Shown: one piece after another, positions 46,431-54,692 of the stretch
Layout: each line of letters starts with the position of its first letter
Position numbering within the stretch: position 1 is the stretch's first letter
Origin: an uncultured Alphaproteobacteria bacterium
Lineage (GTDB): Bacteria > Pseudomonadota > Alphaproteobacteria > Reyranellales > Reyranellaceae
DNA: 64,000 nucleotides
Direction: 5' to 3'
Assembly: GCA_963809025.1 (NCBI GenBank)
Contig: CAWEIE010000046.1
Location: 17,873-81,872 of the forward strand
The notes under the pieces: generated by a model
Database searches by the model: none
Told to the model about the DNA's origin: nothing
The model's input: only the letters and a program-made list of their open reading frames with translations
Made by a program: the position numbers and the translations under genes

Positions 46431-49400
46431 CGAACCGCGTCGGGAACCCGATATTCACCTGCGCGAACTTTTTGAGCTCGCCGCGCGGGCCTGCGATTTT
46501 CTTCAGGCCTTTCAACCGCCCCGCCGCCTTGAGGCACTCCGTGAGGAGATAGCGCGCAAGCTTGTCCCTGCCCCAGCAAAGACGTCCGGTCGTCCCGGCG
46601 TTACCGAACAGCAGGTAGTCGTCGAGATTGCGCCTCGGGCCCGGAAGAATGGGGTCGAGGGAGAACCGCCTGGGCTCCGGGAAGGCGATGGGATCGAAGC
46701 ATGCCGCGCCGATGAGCGCGGCGATCCAGTCGCCTTTTCGGACCGTGTCCCGGCCGTACGCCTCATCCTGGTTGCTGCGCCGCATCAGCAACTTGACCGT
46801 CGGATTGAGCCGCCAGGCTTCATAGAACACGCGCTCGATGCCCTCATCGAACTTCGCCTGCGATGGCGTCACCTTCATGATCAGCTGCATGAGTGACGGC
46901 AGATCGATGCCGGCGCTGAGCGCCGTATGGACGACCGCACCCAGGGTCGCCGGAATGACGATTGCCGAGCTCGCCACTTCCAGCAGCAGCATGCGGACCA
47001 GGGCGTAGTATGTCTCGACCGGCAGGGCATTCGGGTTGGCCGGGTCCGTGAACGTCTTCTCCAGGGAGACGAAGGCCGCCAGCAGGTTGGCGTGCGGCGG
47101 GAGCGGCTGCTTCCTGGCCTTTACGATCAGCATGTCGACGTGCGTCAGGAACTCCCGGCCTGCCTGAACGCCGAGCGCCTTCAGTTCCTCCTGCTGCAGG
47201 TAGTTGCCGACGATGTCGACGAACATCAGGATCGACCAGACCTGCCACGTCGCCAGGCCGACGTCCTCGGGTTTGGAGGCTTTGATGGCGGCAAGCCATT
47301 CCGGCTCGACCTGGGTCAGATGCTGGCGAGAGAAACGCAAGGCGATGGCCATCTCGGTCAACCAGTCCGGACCGGGCGTGCCGAACAAGTCGCTGATGAC
47401 GTTGTAGGTCGTGACGGATCCCAGGTCGTAGACGATGTCGATGGCCCGGCGGGACGCCGTTCGCCGCAGCGTCGCCTCGATGCTCCGCTTTGTCGTCCGC
47501 GCCAAGCGCACATAGACGGACTCTTGGGGGGTCGACAGCGCCGCCCAGCCCGCTTCCAGGATCTTGATCATGAGCGCGCGCTTCGCACCGGTGACGCCGT
47601 CCGGCTGCGTGCTGATGATCATGTCATGGCCGGTGCTGATGGTCCGGGTGGCCTCCTGGTAGTGAGCGACAGACGTGATCATCTGGTTGCTGGCATCGGT
47701 CCGCATGCTGAGCGCCTGCTTGACGTGAGCAACGCGAGCGACGAATGCGACCGGCGCAGCGCCGGGATCGCCAGGCACCGGCGACGGCATCCCGATGCGC
47801 ACGACGTCTTTTGCTCCCGCGAAGATCTGACCGGCGTAACCCTTGATCCGCTCCTCGCTGAGAAGCGTCGGAGTAGTGGCGTCCCCCATGCTGTAGCCTT
47901 CATAGGGTAGATGCGTCGCATCAACGTTGAACTTCTCGCCGTGAGCGATCTCCCGCATCGCCTTGACACCGGGGGCGAAGAAATAGTCGCCGCCGCGCGT
48001 GATGACGAAGGGCGGCAGCCCCGTCACCGGCGCCACCGCGCCGCTCTCGAGGAAGGAATCGCCTGGTCCGCCGAGATTAGCGCCGGTCATCGGACAACGA
48101 CCGAGGCCGGCTTGGCCCAGGATCTCCCCCTTGTTGAGCCAGTCGGCCTGTATGACCTCGAACTGCAGGTCCAGACGCGCGTTGGCGGCAATGAACAACA
48201 GGCCGCGCTTGCGGCCGTCGCCCGGAGAATCCATCGGCAGCAGGGAGCCGCCATAGGCCATGCCGCGGCGCAGGAGGCGATGGCGGCGGACGTCGTTGGT
48301 GCCGCCGAGGTCGCGCGGATTGGATCGCCGGATATGCGATCCGAGAGGGCAACGCAGCCCCTTCGGATCATCCGCGGCGTAACGGAAATCGTTGAGAAGC
48401 CCGTCCGGATCGCCTCCCAGAGCCCGTGGAGCATGAGGCGCAACTGTCAGCGGAGTGCCGTTCGGCCAGCGGCCGACGAACTGCGCGGCGAGCTTGTCCT
48501 GGGCAGCGCGGTCGTTTGGCCGCTGGCTTGCCAGATACGCACGAAACGCCGCGACGTCCTGTTCGAGCTTGCGAAAGACCAGGAAAGTACTGCCTTCGCG
48601 CAGCGACTCGTGAACAGGGAGATGGTGCTTGTTGCCGTCCTCATCCTGCTCACTGAGGTAGATCTCGCCGTGGGCGACCGGTGCCCAGGTGCGATTGGGG
48701 CCAGGCGTGCCGCCGCCCGGCAGGGGATCGCCGAGGTTCATGTCGACGAACGGCTGGCTTATGCCGTCGCGAAACCCGAAATGCTCCATGCGATACGGCG
48801 GGCGGACGACCCGTCCGCTCCTGTCGATCTCGTAGGGATCTTCGCCGAGCTCGATATGCTGGATTTCAATACCCAGCGGCATGCACAACAGCATCAGGAT
48901 GGTGCGCAGCGTATCGCCCCAGCCGTTGGTGCCGGTACTGTCGTTGAAGGCGCTTACATCGTCGCGCAGCCGCCGGCGAAGATCCTCGGAGACCGGCGCG
49001 TCGTCACCGTCGGCAAGATAGCCGCCGGTGAAGTAGCCGTGCACGCAATCGAGTCCGAGGACGCCCTCCCAGTTCTCCGGCGCGCTTGGTCCGATGTCGC
49101 CGAGCCGCTCGGCACGCGCCGCCATGCCTTGCCTGAAGGGTTCGGGGAAGGAGGCAAGCGTCGGCTCGCTGAGTTGCAGCGCCTTCAGCCCCGGGAACGT
49201 GAAGGCGAAGTTGATCGGAACCGGATCCCATTGCCTATCGACCTGATCACGGTCTCGCTTCAGCCCCGTTTCGACGGCCTCGCTGCGCAGCACGGCGGGC
49301 CGGACAACGCCGTCCTTCGGCCTCGCCTGAGCCGGCGCAAACTGCCGGAAAAGTTCGTAGGCGAACGCTCCCAGGAGACCGCCCGACAACGCCTTGCGCC

Positions 49401-49962
49401 CCGCGGCAGCGGGGGTATTGCCGAACTTCGCCACGAAGGCATTGAAGTTGTCGGGGTTCGAAAGGGTGACGTAGGCCGCACGCGCAACGTCTGCCTTGAT
49501 CGACGCGGCGAAGCTTGCCGGCAACCGGGCGAACGCCCCCTTCGAAAAATCCTCGATGGCCTGGAAGAGGAACTCGTACGCGTCCTGGTCGGGGCCAACT
49601 TGTGCGGGGACCTGGATGCCCGCTTTTTCGCACTCCCCCCTGAAGGTCTTCCAGAAGTCGTCCGACTTGGCGTCGACAAGGACCTTCAGCCAGTCGAGGA
49701 AGAGCTGCGCGGGCGCTTGCGGATCGTCAAGCTCGGCCGGCGCGACGCCGGCCGCGGCCTTGGCATCGAGCGCCAGCGCGATCTGCTTCAGGTTCGCCGC
49801 CAGCCGAGCCTTGGACAGGACCCGGAAGAAGAAGAACAGCGACCAATTGCGCGTCTTGCCGTCGACAAAGCGTGAAGCCCGGCCGAGATGGGCCTGCACG
49901 GCAGTCGCGAGCCCCGAAGATGCCGGCGGCTGCCGGTCTGTCTCGCCATCGTATGCCATCAC
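46396..49962 (-). CDS. DyP-type peroxidase / cytochrome P450 fusion protein
   Basis: DyP: NFAFTFPGL, HFGFRDGISQP, FLVFRKLEQDV, SHIRRSNPR, LRRG, QFEVIQ; P450: EAWR, FDP..FPEP, LFGNAGTTGRLCWG. Confidence 0.85.
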   Translation of the reverse strand: MMAYDGETDRQPPASSGLATAVQAHLGRASRFVDGKTRNWSLFFFFRVLSKARLAANLKQIALALDAKAAAGVAPAELDDPQAPAQLFLDWLKVLVDAKSDDFWKTFRGECEKAGIQVPAQVGPDQDAYEFLFQAIEDFSKGAFARLPASFAASIKADVARAAYVTLSNPDNFNAFVAKFGNTPAAAGRKALSGGLLGAFAYELFRQFAPAQARPKDGVVRPAVLRSEAVETGLKRDRDQVDRQWDPVPINFAFTFPGLKALQLSEPTLASFPEPFRQGMAARAERLGDIGPSAPENWEGVLGLDCVHGYFTGGYLADGDDAPVSEDLRRRLRDDVSAFNDSTGTNGWGDTLRTILMLLCMPLGIEIQHIELGEDPYEIDRSGRVVRPPYRMEHFGFRDGISQPFVDMNLGDPLPGGGTPGPNRTWAPVAHGEIYLSEQDEDGNKHHLPVHESLREGSTFLVFRKLEQDVAAFRAYLASQRPNDRAAQDKLAAQFVGRWPNGTPLTVAPHAPRALGGDPDGLLNDFRYAADDPKGLRCPLGSHIRRSNPRDLGGTNDVRRHRLLRRGMAYGGSLLPMDSPGDGRKRGLLFIAANARLDLQFEVIQADWLNKGEILGQAGLGRCPMTGANLGGPGDSFLESGAVAPVTGLPPFVITRGGDYFFAPGVKAMREIAHGEKFNVDATHLPYEGYSMGDATTPTLLSEERIKGYAGQIFAGAKDVVRIGMPSPVPGDPGAAPVAFVARVAHVKQALSMRTDASNQMITSVAHYQEATRTISTGHDMIISTQPDGVTGAKRALMIKILEAGWAALSTPQESVYVRLARTTKRSIEATLRRTASRRAIDIVYDLGSVTTYNVISDLFGTPGPDWLTEMAIALRFSRQHLTQVEPEWLAAIKASKPEDVGLATWQVWSILMFVDIVGNYLQQEELKALGVQAGREFLTHVDMLIVKARKQPLPPHANLLAAFVSLEKTFTDPANPNALPVETYYALVRMLLLEVASSAIVIPATLGAVVHTALSAGIDLPSLMQLIMKVTPSQAKFDEGIERVFYEAWRLNPTVKLLMRRSNQDEAYGRDTVRKGDWIAALIGAACFDPIAFPEPRRFSLDPILPGPRRNLDDYLLFGNAGTTGRLCWGRDKLARYLLTECLKAAGRLKGLKKIAGPRGELKKFAQVNIGFPTRFVSVLPDWPKKP

Positions 49963-49971
49963 CGTCCCCGT

Positions 49972-50727
49972 TCAGCTCTTCGATTTGTAGACGCCGCCAG
50001 GCGTCGGAAAATCGCTGGCGTGTTGCTGCGTCCTTGCCAGGAATTGATCGAACAGGTCGTCCAAGGATTTCACGCGCGATCCGTTTGCCGGCCGCACCTC
50101 GGCGACGAACTCGTCGAAGCGACGCTTGAACTCCTGGAGTTGCTTGATGCGCACCACCGAGAGGTCGCCATAGCGCGAGTAGAAGAGATTGCTGTCGATC
50201 TGATATCGCTTGATCCAGGACCAGAACCCTTCGAAATTCCGCGTCGTTCCAAAATCTTCGCAATTGCGGAAAAGCGCATCGAAGTCGTCGGCGATGAACT
50301 GCGCGATGTCGCGGAAATAGACGCGGATGTCGCCGTCGAACTCGACGAGCGTCAGAAGCCACGAGCGAAAAGTCGGCGGCTTTCCGCTGGCAGCCTCGAG
50401 CGGGACATAGTCGTCGATCGGCTTCGGTATCTTGCCCTTGGCGGTTTCGTCGTACTGCACCCCTGGCACATCGGAATAGACCAGGTACTGCTCGGGTCGG
50501 ACGATGATCATCCGGCCGAAATGAATCGTGCGGATCCTGTCGAGCTCTATCGGAATGCCCTGCTGAACCCGTGCCGTGAGATTGTCGATCGCCGACCGCA
50601 GTCTCTCCTCGTAGGTCCGGCGCTCGCCGGGAACGCGGCCGAGCTTGATCGGCGACAGGACGGCGATCTCCGATACCTGACCAATCGATCTTGATTTCAC
50701 CCAGTTGAGCGGTGTGGCGGTAGGCAT
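49972..50727 (-). CDS. Conserved hypothetical protein, probable DyP-associated alpha/beta-barrel partner
   Basis: TIHFGR, LLTLVEFDG, YFRD, LFRNCE, QI..LFY..Y.DLSV pattern recalled from DyP-neighbour proteins (unsearched); 9 bp upstream of the fusion. Confidence 0.7.
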   Translation of the reverse strand: MPTATPLNWVKSRSIGQVSEIAVLSPIKLGRVPGERRTYEERLRSAIDNLTARVQQGIPIELDRIRTIHFGRMIIVRPEQYLVYSDVPGVQYDETAKGKIPKPIDDYVPLEAASGKPPTFRSWLLTLVEFDGDIRVYFRDIAQFIADDFDALFRNCEDFGTTRNFEGFWSWIKRYQIDSNLFYSRYGDLSVVRIKQLQEFKRRFDEFVAEVRPANGSRVKSLDDLFDQFLARTQQHASDFPTPGGVYKSKS

Positions 50728-51033
50728 GTCGATCTAACCTGTTGTTGGCGTCATCAAGTCTTCAACGGATCCAGGGCAAGGTGGCAGCCGGATGCCGCTG
50801 GGCATCCCAACGGAGCCCGTCCCACGAAATGCGATGTCAAGATCGTGCGCGTCGCGAGACCGCTCCGCAAGGCATCGGCCAATGCCGACGCGTTCGGCGC
50901 CAATACGCCGGCCTTTCCAGCCCTGGCCCACCGCCGCATCGCCCGCTCCCCAGCGGCGCGGCTCACTCAGCCGCGACTATCAGTACGCTAGTCGCGACCT
51001 TAACGGCGCTCCAGGATTGATCTGTGCGAAAAG

Positions 51034-51510
51034 TCACACTGCGAGCACGAGCCGATCGATCGACGGTGCAAAACCGGCTCTCTCATAGAACCGGCGAGCA
51101 TCGCGGTTGAAGGCATGCACCGCCACACCGAGATGACTGGCCCCCTGCCCGCGTGACCAGTCGACAATCGCACCGATCAGATGCCGGCCGATGCCCTGGC
51201 TGCGCAGGCCGGACCGCACCACCAGGTTATCGAGCTCGATCACCTTGTGCGGTATGGCGCCGGGGAAAGCCGGCAGCGGGCGCGTCAGCAGGACGGCCAG
51301 GCCGACGACCTCGCGATCGATCTCCGCCACCAGGACCGTCGAGCCGGACCCGGCGAGCCACAGCTCGATCTGCTCGCGCGTGCGCGCCGGCCCGTCGAAG
51401 CGGCGGAACACATCCGGCCGCGCCCGGCGGTGGAACTCGTCCAGCTCGTCGAACAGCGCGACCAGGGCGTCATAGTCGCCCATGGTCGCCGGGCGGATGT
51501 GGATCGGCAC
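51034..51510 (-). CDS. GNAT family N-acetyltransferase (copy 2)
   Basis: IRPAT..D, LDNLVV..LRSQGIG, N.DARRFYE..GF. Confidence 0.9.
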   Translation of the reverse strand: MPIHIRPATMGDYDALVALFDELDEFHRRARPDVFRRFDGPARTREQIELWLAGSGSTVLVAEIDREVVGLAVLLTRPLPAFPGAIPHKVIELDNLVVRSGLRSQGIGRHLIGAIVDWSRGQGASHLGVAVHAFNRDARRFYERAGFAPSIDRLVLAV

Positions 51511-51515
51511 GACGG

Positions 51516-51974
51516 TTACGCCGCCAGCACCAGCCGATCGGCCGAGGGTGCGAAGCCGAAGGCTTCGTAGAAACGCCGGGCGTCGCGGTTGGCGTCGCCC
51601 ACCATCACCTCGACCTGCGCCGCGCGCCGCTGCCGTGCCCATTCGACGACGGCCGCCAGCAGGCGCCGCCCGATCCTCTGGCCGCGCTGGTCGGGGTGGA
51701 CCACCAGATTGTCGACCTCGACCACCTTGTGCATGCCGCCGCCCGGCTTGGGCATGATGCGCGTGAGCAGCACGGCGACGCCCAGCACGCCGATCTCGCT
51801 CTGCGCCACCAGGAGCGTCGTGCCCGGGGTCTCCAGCCAGGTCAGAACCTGCTCGCGCGCATGGGCAGGGTCGTCAAGCAGGGTCGCAAGCGCTGCGCAG
51901 TCACGCGGGCCCGCCAGGCGCACGCGTATCGACAGCGGCAGCGCCGTTCTGTCTTCAGCTTCAACGATTGACAT
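51516..51974 (-). CDS. GNAT family N-acetyltransferase (copy 1)
   Basis: VDNLVVHPDQRGQRIG, N.DARRFYE..GF; RBS GGAGG before ATG 51974. Confidence 0.9.
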   Translation of the reverse strand: MSIVEAEDRTALPLSIRVRLAGPRDCAALATLLDDPAHAREQVLTWLETPGTTLLVAQSEIGVLGVAVLLTRIMPKPGGGMHKVVEVDNLVVHPDQRGQRIGRRLLAAVVEWARQRRAAQVEVMVGDANRDARRFYEAFGFAPSADRLVLAA

Positions 51975-52020
51975 CTCGTCCTCCGTTTGCGGTCCCGCCG
52001 CGGCCCGGAGGCCCTCTCCA

Positions 52021-52053
52021 GAAACACAGAAGCCGCCGGGAAGCGGCGGCTTC
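52021..52053 (-). terminator. Attenuator terminator hairpin (3:4) upstream of GNAT pair
   Basis: 10-bp stem GAAGCCGCCG-cttcc-CGGCGGCTTC followed by TGTGTTTC on minus strand. Confidence 0.8.
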
Positions 52054-52078
52054 GTCAGGTCACAACCCTTCGCGCCGC

Positions 52079-52129
52079 CTATTTCAGCAGCGTAAAGTAC
52101 CAACCCTTCTGGAGCAGGTTCGTGGTCAT
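52079..52129 (-). CDS. Attenuator leader peptide MTTNLLQKGWYFTLLK (leaderless uORF)
   Basis: ATG ACC ACG AAC CTG CTC CAG AAG GGT TGG TAC TTT ACG CTG CTG AAA TAG; ATG 7 nt after the -10 box; followed by mutually exclusive hairpins. Confidence 0.8.
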   Translation of the reverse strand: MTTNLLQKGWYFTLLK

Positions 52130-52135
52130 GTCTGA

Positions 52136-52164
52136 CTTATAGGGGCTGTCCGCTTGGCCGTCAA
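52136..52164 (-). promoter_or_regulatory. Sigma70-type promoter of the leader-GNAT operon
   Basis: TTGACG-N17-TATAAG, then 6 nt and the leader ATG. Confidence 0.8.
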
Positions 52165-52237
52165 CCGATATGGGTCAGTCAGGCCGCCTTTGCCTGGTCC
52201 TCACGCGAGTTTGAATATAATATTGCAACCGGGCAGC

Positions 52238-54644
52238 ATGGCCGCTACTTCTTCACCGCCGCCCTTGGGCGGCTTCAACAAGGCGGGGGTGACTTCCGAA
52301 CCGACCTTCAAGGCGGTTACGATTTGCCCGGGCTTCGCGTTGCTATCGATCCTGATCGTCATTGCCGCGGGTGTGGTGACCTCGGTACAGGCGCCTGATC
52401 CCCGGCCTGACCAGCGGTGGTCCGAGAAGTCGTTTTGGGATTGGCTCCGCTATCCGGTGGAACGCTACCCCGGCCTGCGACTGCTAAGGGCGCCAGACGA
52501 TCTCTTTGCCACCTCGTTTGCCGACGATGGACGGCACGGCATCACCGTCGGCGCCGGAGGGACCATTCTGGCGACCAGCGATGGCGGGATGACGTGGGCT
52601 GCGCAGGACAGCGGCGTAAGCAACACATTGTGGAGCGTTCATGTCGATGCCGGCGGCAAACGCGCATGGGCCGTCGGAACGAAGGGTGCCATCCTCTCGA
52701 CCGTGGATGGAGGCAAGCTTTGGACGATTTAGGCGAGCCCCGTCGATGACAGGCTAAGAGCGGTACAGTTTGTGCCCGGCGGCCAGCGCGGCTGGGTTGT
52801 CGGCGATAACGGCGTCATTCTGGTGACAGACAATGGCGGCACCACTTGGTCGACCATTCGCGCTGTCGACACAATGGACCCCAGAGACTCAAGCGGTCGA
52901 ATTGAGCAAGCAGCAGATTCAACAGAGCGCGGTCTCCTCGGCTACACAGCGGAGCGGACGCACGTCATCACAGCTTCGCGACCTGAACTCTATTTATTTC
53001 ACGGTTGACGGAAAGACGGGCTGGGCTGTTGGCAGCTTCGGGGTGATCTGGAAAAGTTCCGATGGTGGCTTGAGATGGAATCGTCAAGAAAGCTCACCCG
53101 ACAATACCTGCCTAAACGAGATCAAGTTCGCCGCCAACGGTGAGCACGGGTGGGCGGTAGGTTGTTTCAACACGGTCCTCTTTACGCGTAACGGAGGAAC
53201 GAGTTGGACCAAAGTAGAGAGCCTTGAGCTGAACGAAAACGAACTGGAATTTACCTCGCTTGATGCCAGTTCCGACGGGAATCGTTTGTGGGTAACGCGC
53301 GAAGATGGCGCCATCTTCAACTCGACTGACGCCGGCAAGACGTGGAGCAAGCAGCAGAGCGGTGCGAATGGATGGCTGAATAGGATTTGCTTCAATGCCG
53401 ACGGCAAGCGCGGTTGGGCCGTCGGCAGCGCCGGTGTCATTCTATCGTCGAACGACGGCGGCAGCGATTGGACCACACGAGCAAGCAGCAATGCCTCCAC
53501 CCTCAATGCTGTCCACTTTGACACCAGTGGCCGCCTGGGATGGGCAGTTGGCGGCCTGGGAATAATACTCGGCACCACGGATGCCGGAAATCATTGGACC
53601 GCTCAGGCAAGTGGCGTCGACAGATTACTCAACTTTGTGACATTCCTACCTGACAACCGGCGTGGCTGGGCAGTCGGCGCAGGCGGAACGGTCATTTCTA
53701 CGATCGATGGCGGCGGGCGATGGCGCGTTCACGAAAGCGTCACGAACGCCTACTTGTTTGGCGTACAATTTCTCGACGACGGCCAGCGCGGATGGGTTGT
53801 CGGCGGCAATGGCCTCATACTAAGTACAACGAACGGCGGTCAAGCTTGGCAGGCGCAGAACCTCCCGGGCCATTATCAGCTAAATGCTATTCATTTCGAA
53901 TCAACCGGACGGCGTGGCTGGATCACGGCCTTCGACGGTCTTTATGGCAGCGTTGACGGAGGGCAAAACTGGCTTAAGACCGCGCTGGACTACAGCAACG
54001 TCACTCTGATCGCTCTCCAATTTGATGACCAAGGGCGTTGGGGACTGGCTGTTGGTGCGGCCGGGACGATCTTCGCGACCAACGATGGCGGAAAGACCTG
54101 GACGAGGAAAGCCGCCGGCACAAACGCCGATGAGCACCCTGATGGAACTCGTCTGCACCGATCTGCGCCGCTATGGCGTCCGACCGGTGTGGTTCAATGC
54201 GTGGCACCATCAGCAGGAGGAGCAACTGCTAGCCGCCTTGCTTAACGCCATCCGCAGCAAGGGCCTGCCGTCGATAGGGTCGGCCGATGGCCTGGTGTTC
54301 AACTCCAGTTGCTGTGGATCCGGTCGAAAAAGCACTTCGTGATCGCCTTGGTGGCGTTGGCCGCGGCGGCGGCACTCCTCTCATACGTTCTCACTCACGG
54401 TTTCGCGGATTGGACGATGCTGTGGACCAGCATGACCCAGTTCGGCGAGAGCATGTCGAAGGAAAAGCCCGCCAGCGGCGCTGCCGGTACCGCATGGACG
54501 GACGCCGCTCGCCTCGTTCCTCAGTTGATTGCCGGCGTAACCGCCTTGACCGCTCTGGTTAAGGGCCTCAAAGCCTTCAAGGTCGACCCTGCCGTGCTGC
54601 TATCGCGCACAGCAGAGAATTTCAAGCTCAAGGACATTGTATAA
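52238..54644 (+). pseudogene. Disrupted YCF48/BNR-repeat beta-propeller + KAP family P-loop NTPase gene
   Basis: Repeated G.RGWAVG..G.IL.T.DGG.TW units; in-frame TAG at 52730; frame change at about 52870-52970; jump at about 54132 to STLMELV..VWFNAWHHQ (KAP motif, Walker A absent); another frameshift at about 54301; truncated; lower GC. Confidence 0.75.
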
Positions 54645-54692
54645 GCCCGCCGAGGTGGCGCTGTCAACGAAGCCTCCGGTATCGTCGTGCCC

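Noticed and set aside
52730-52732. Programmed amber read-through (e.g. pyrrolysine)
   Set aside because: Same gene has frameshifts and deletions, and no pyl genes are in the window; simple nonsense mutation is more likely
52440-54125. Periodic sequence that might suggest a CRISPR or DNA repeat array
   Set aside because: Periodicity is at the protein level (YCF48/BNR blades); no identical nucleotide repeats with spacers and no cas genes
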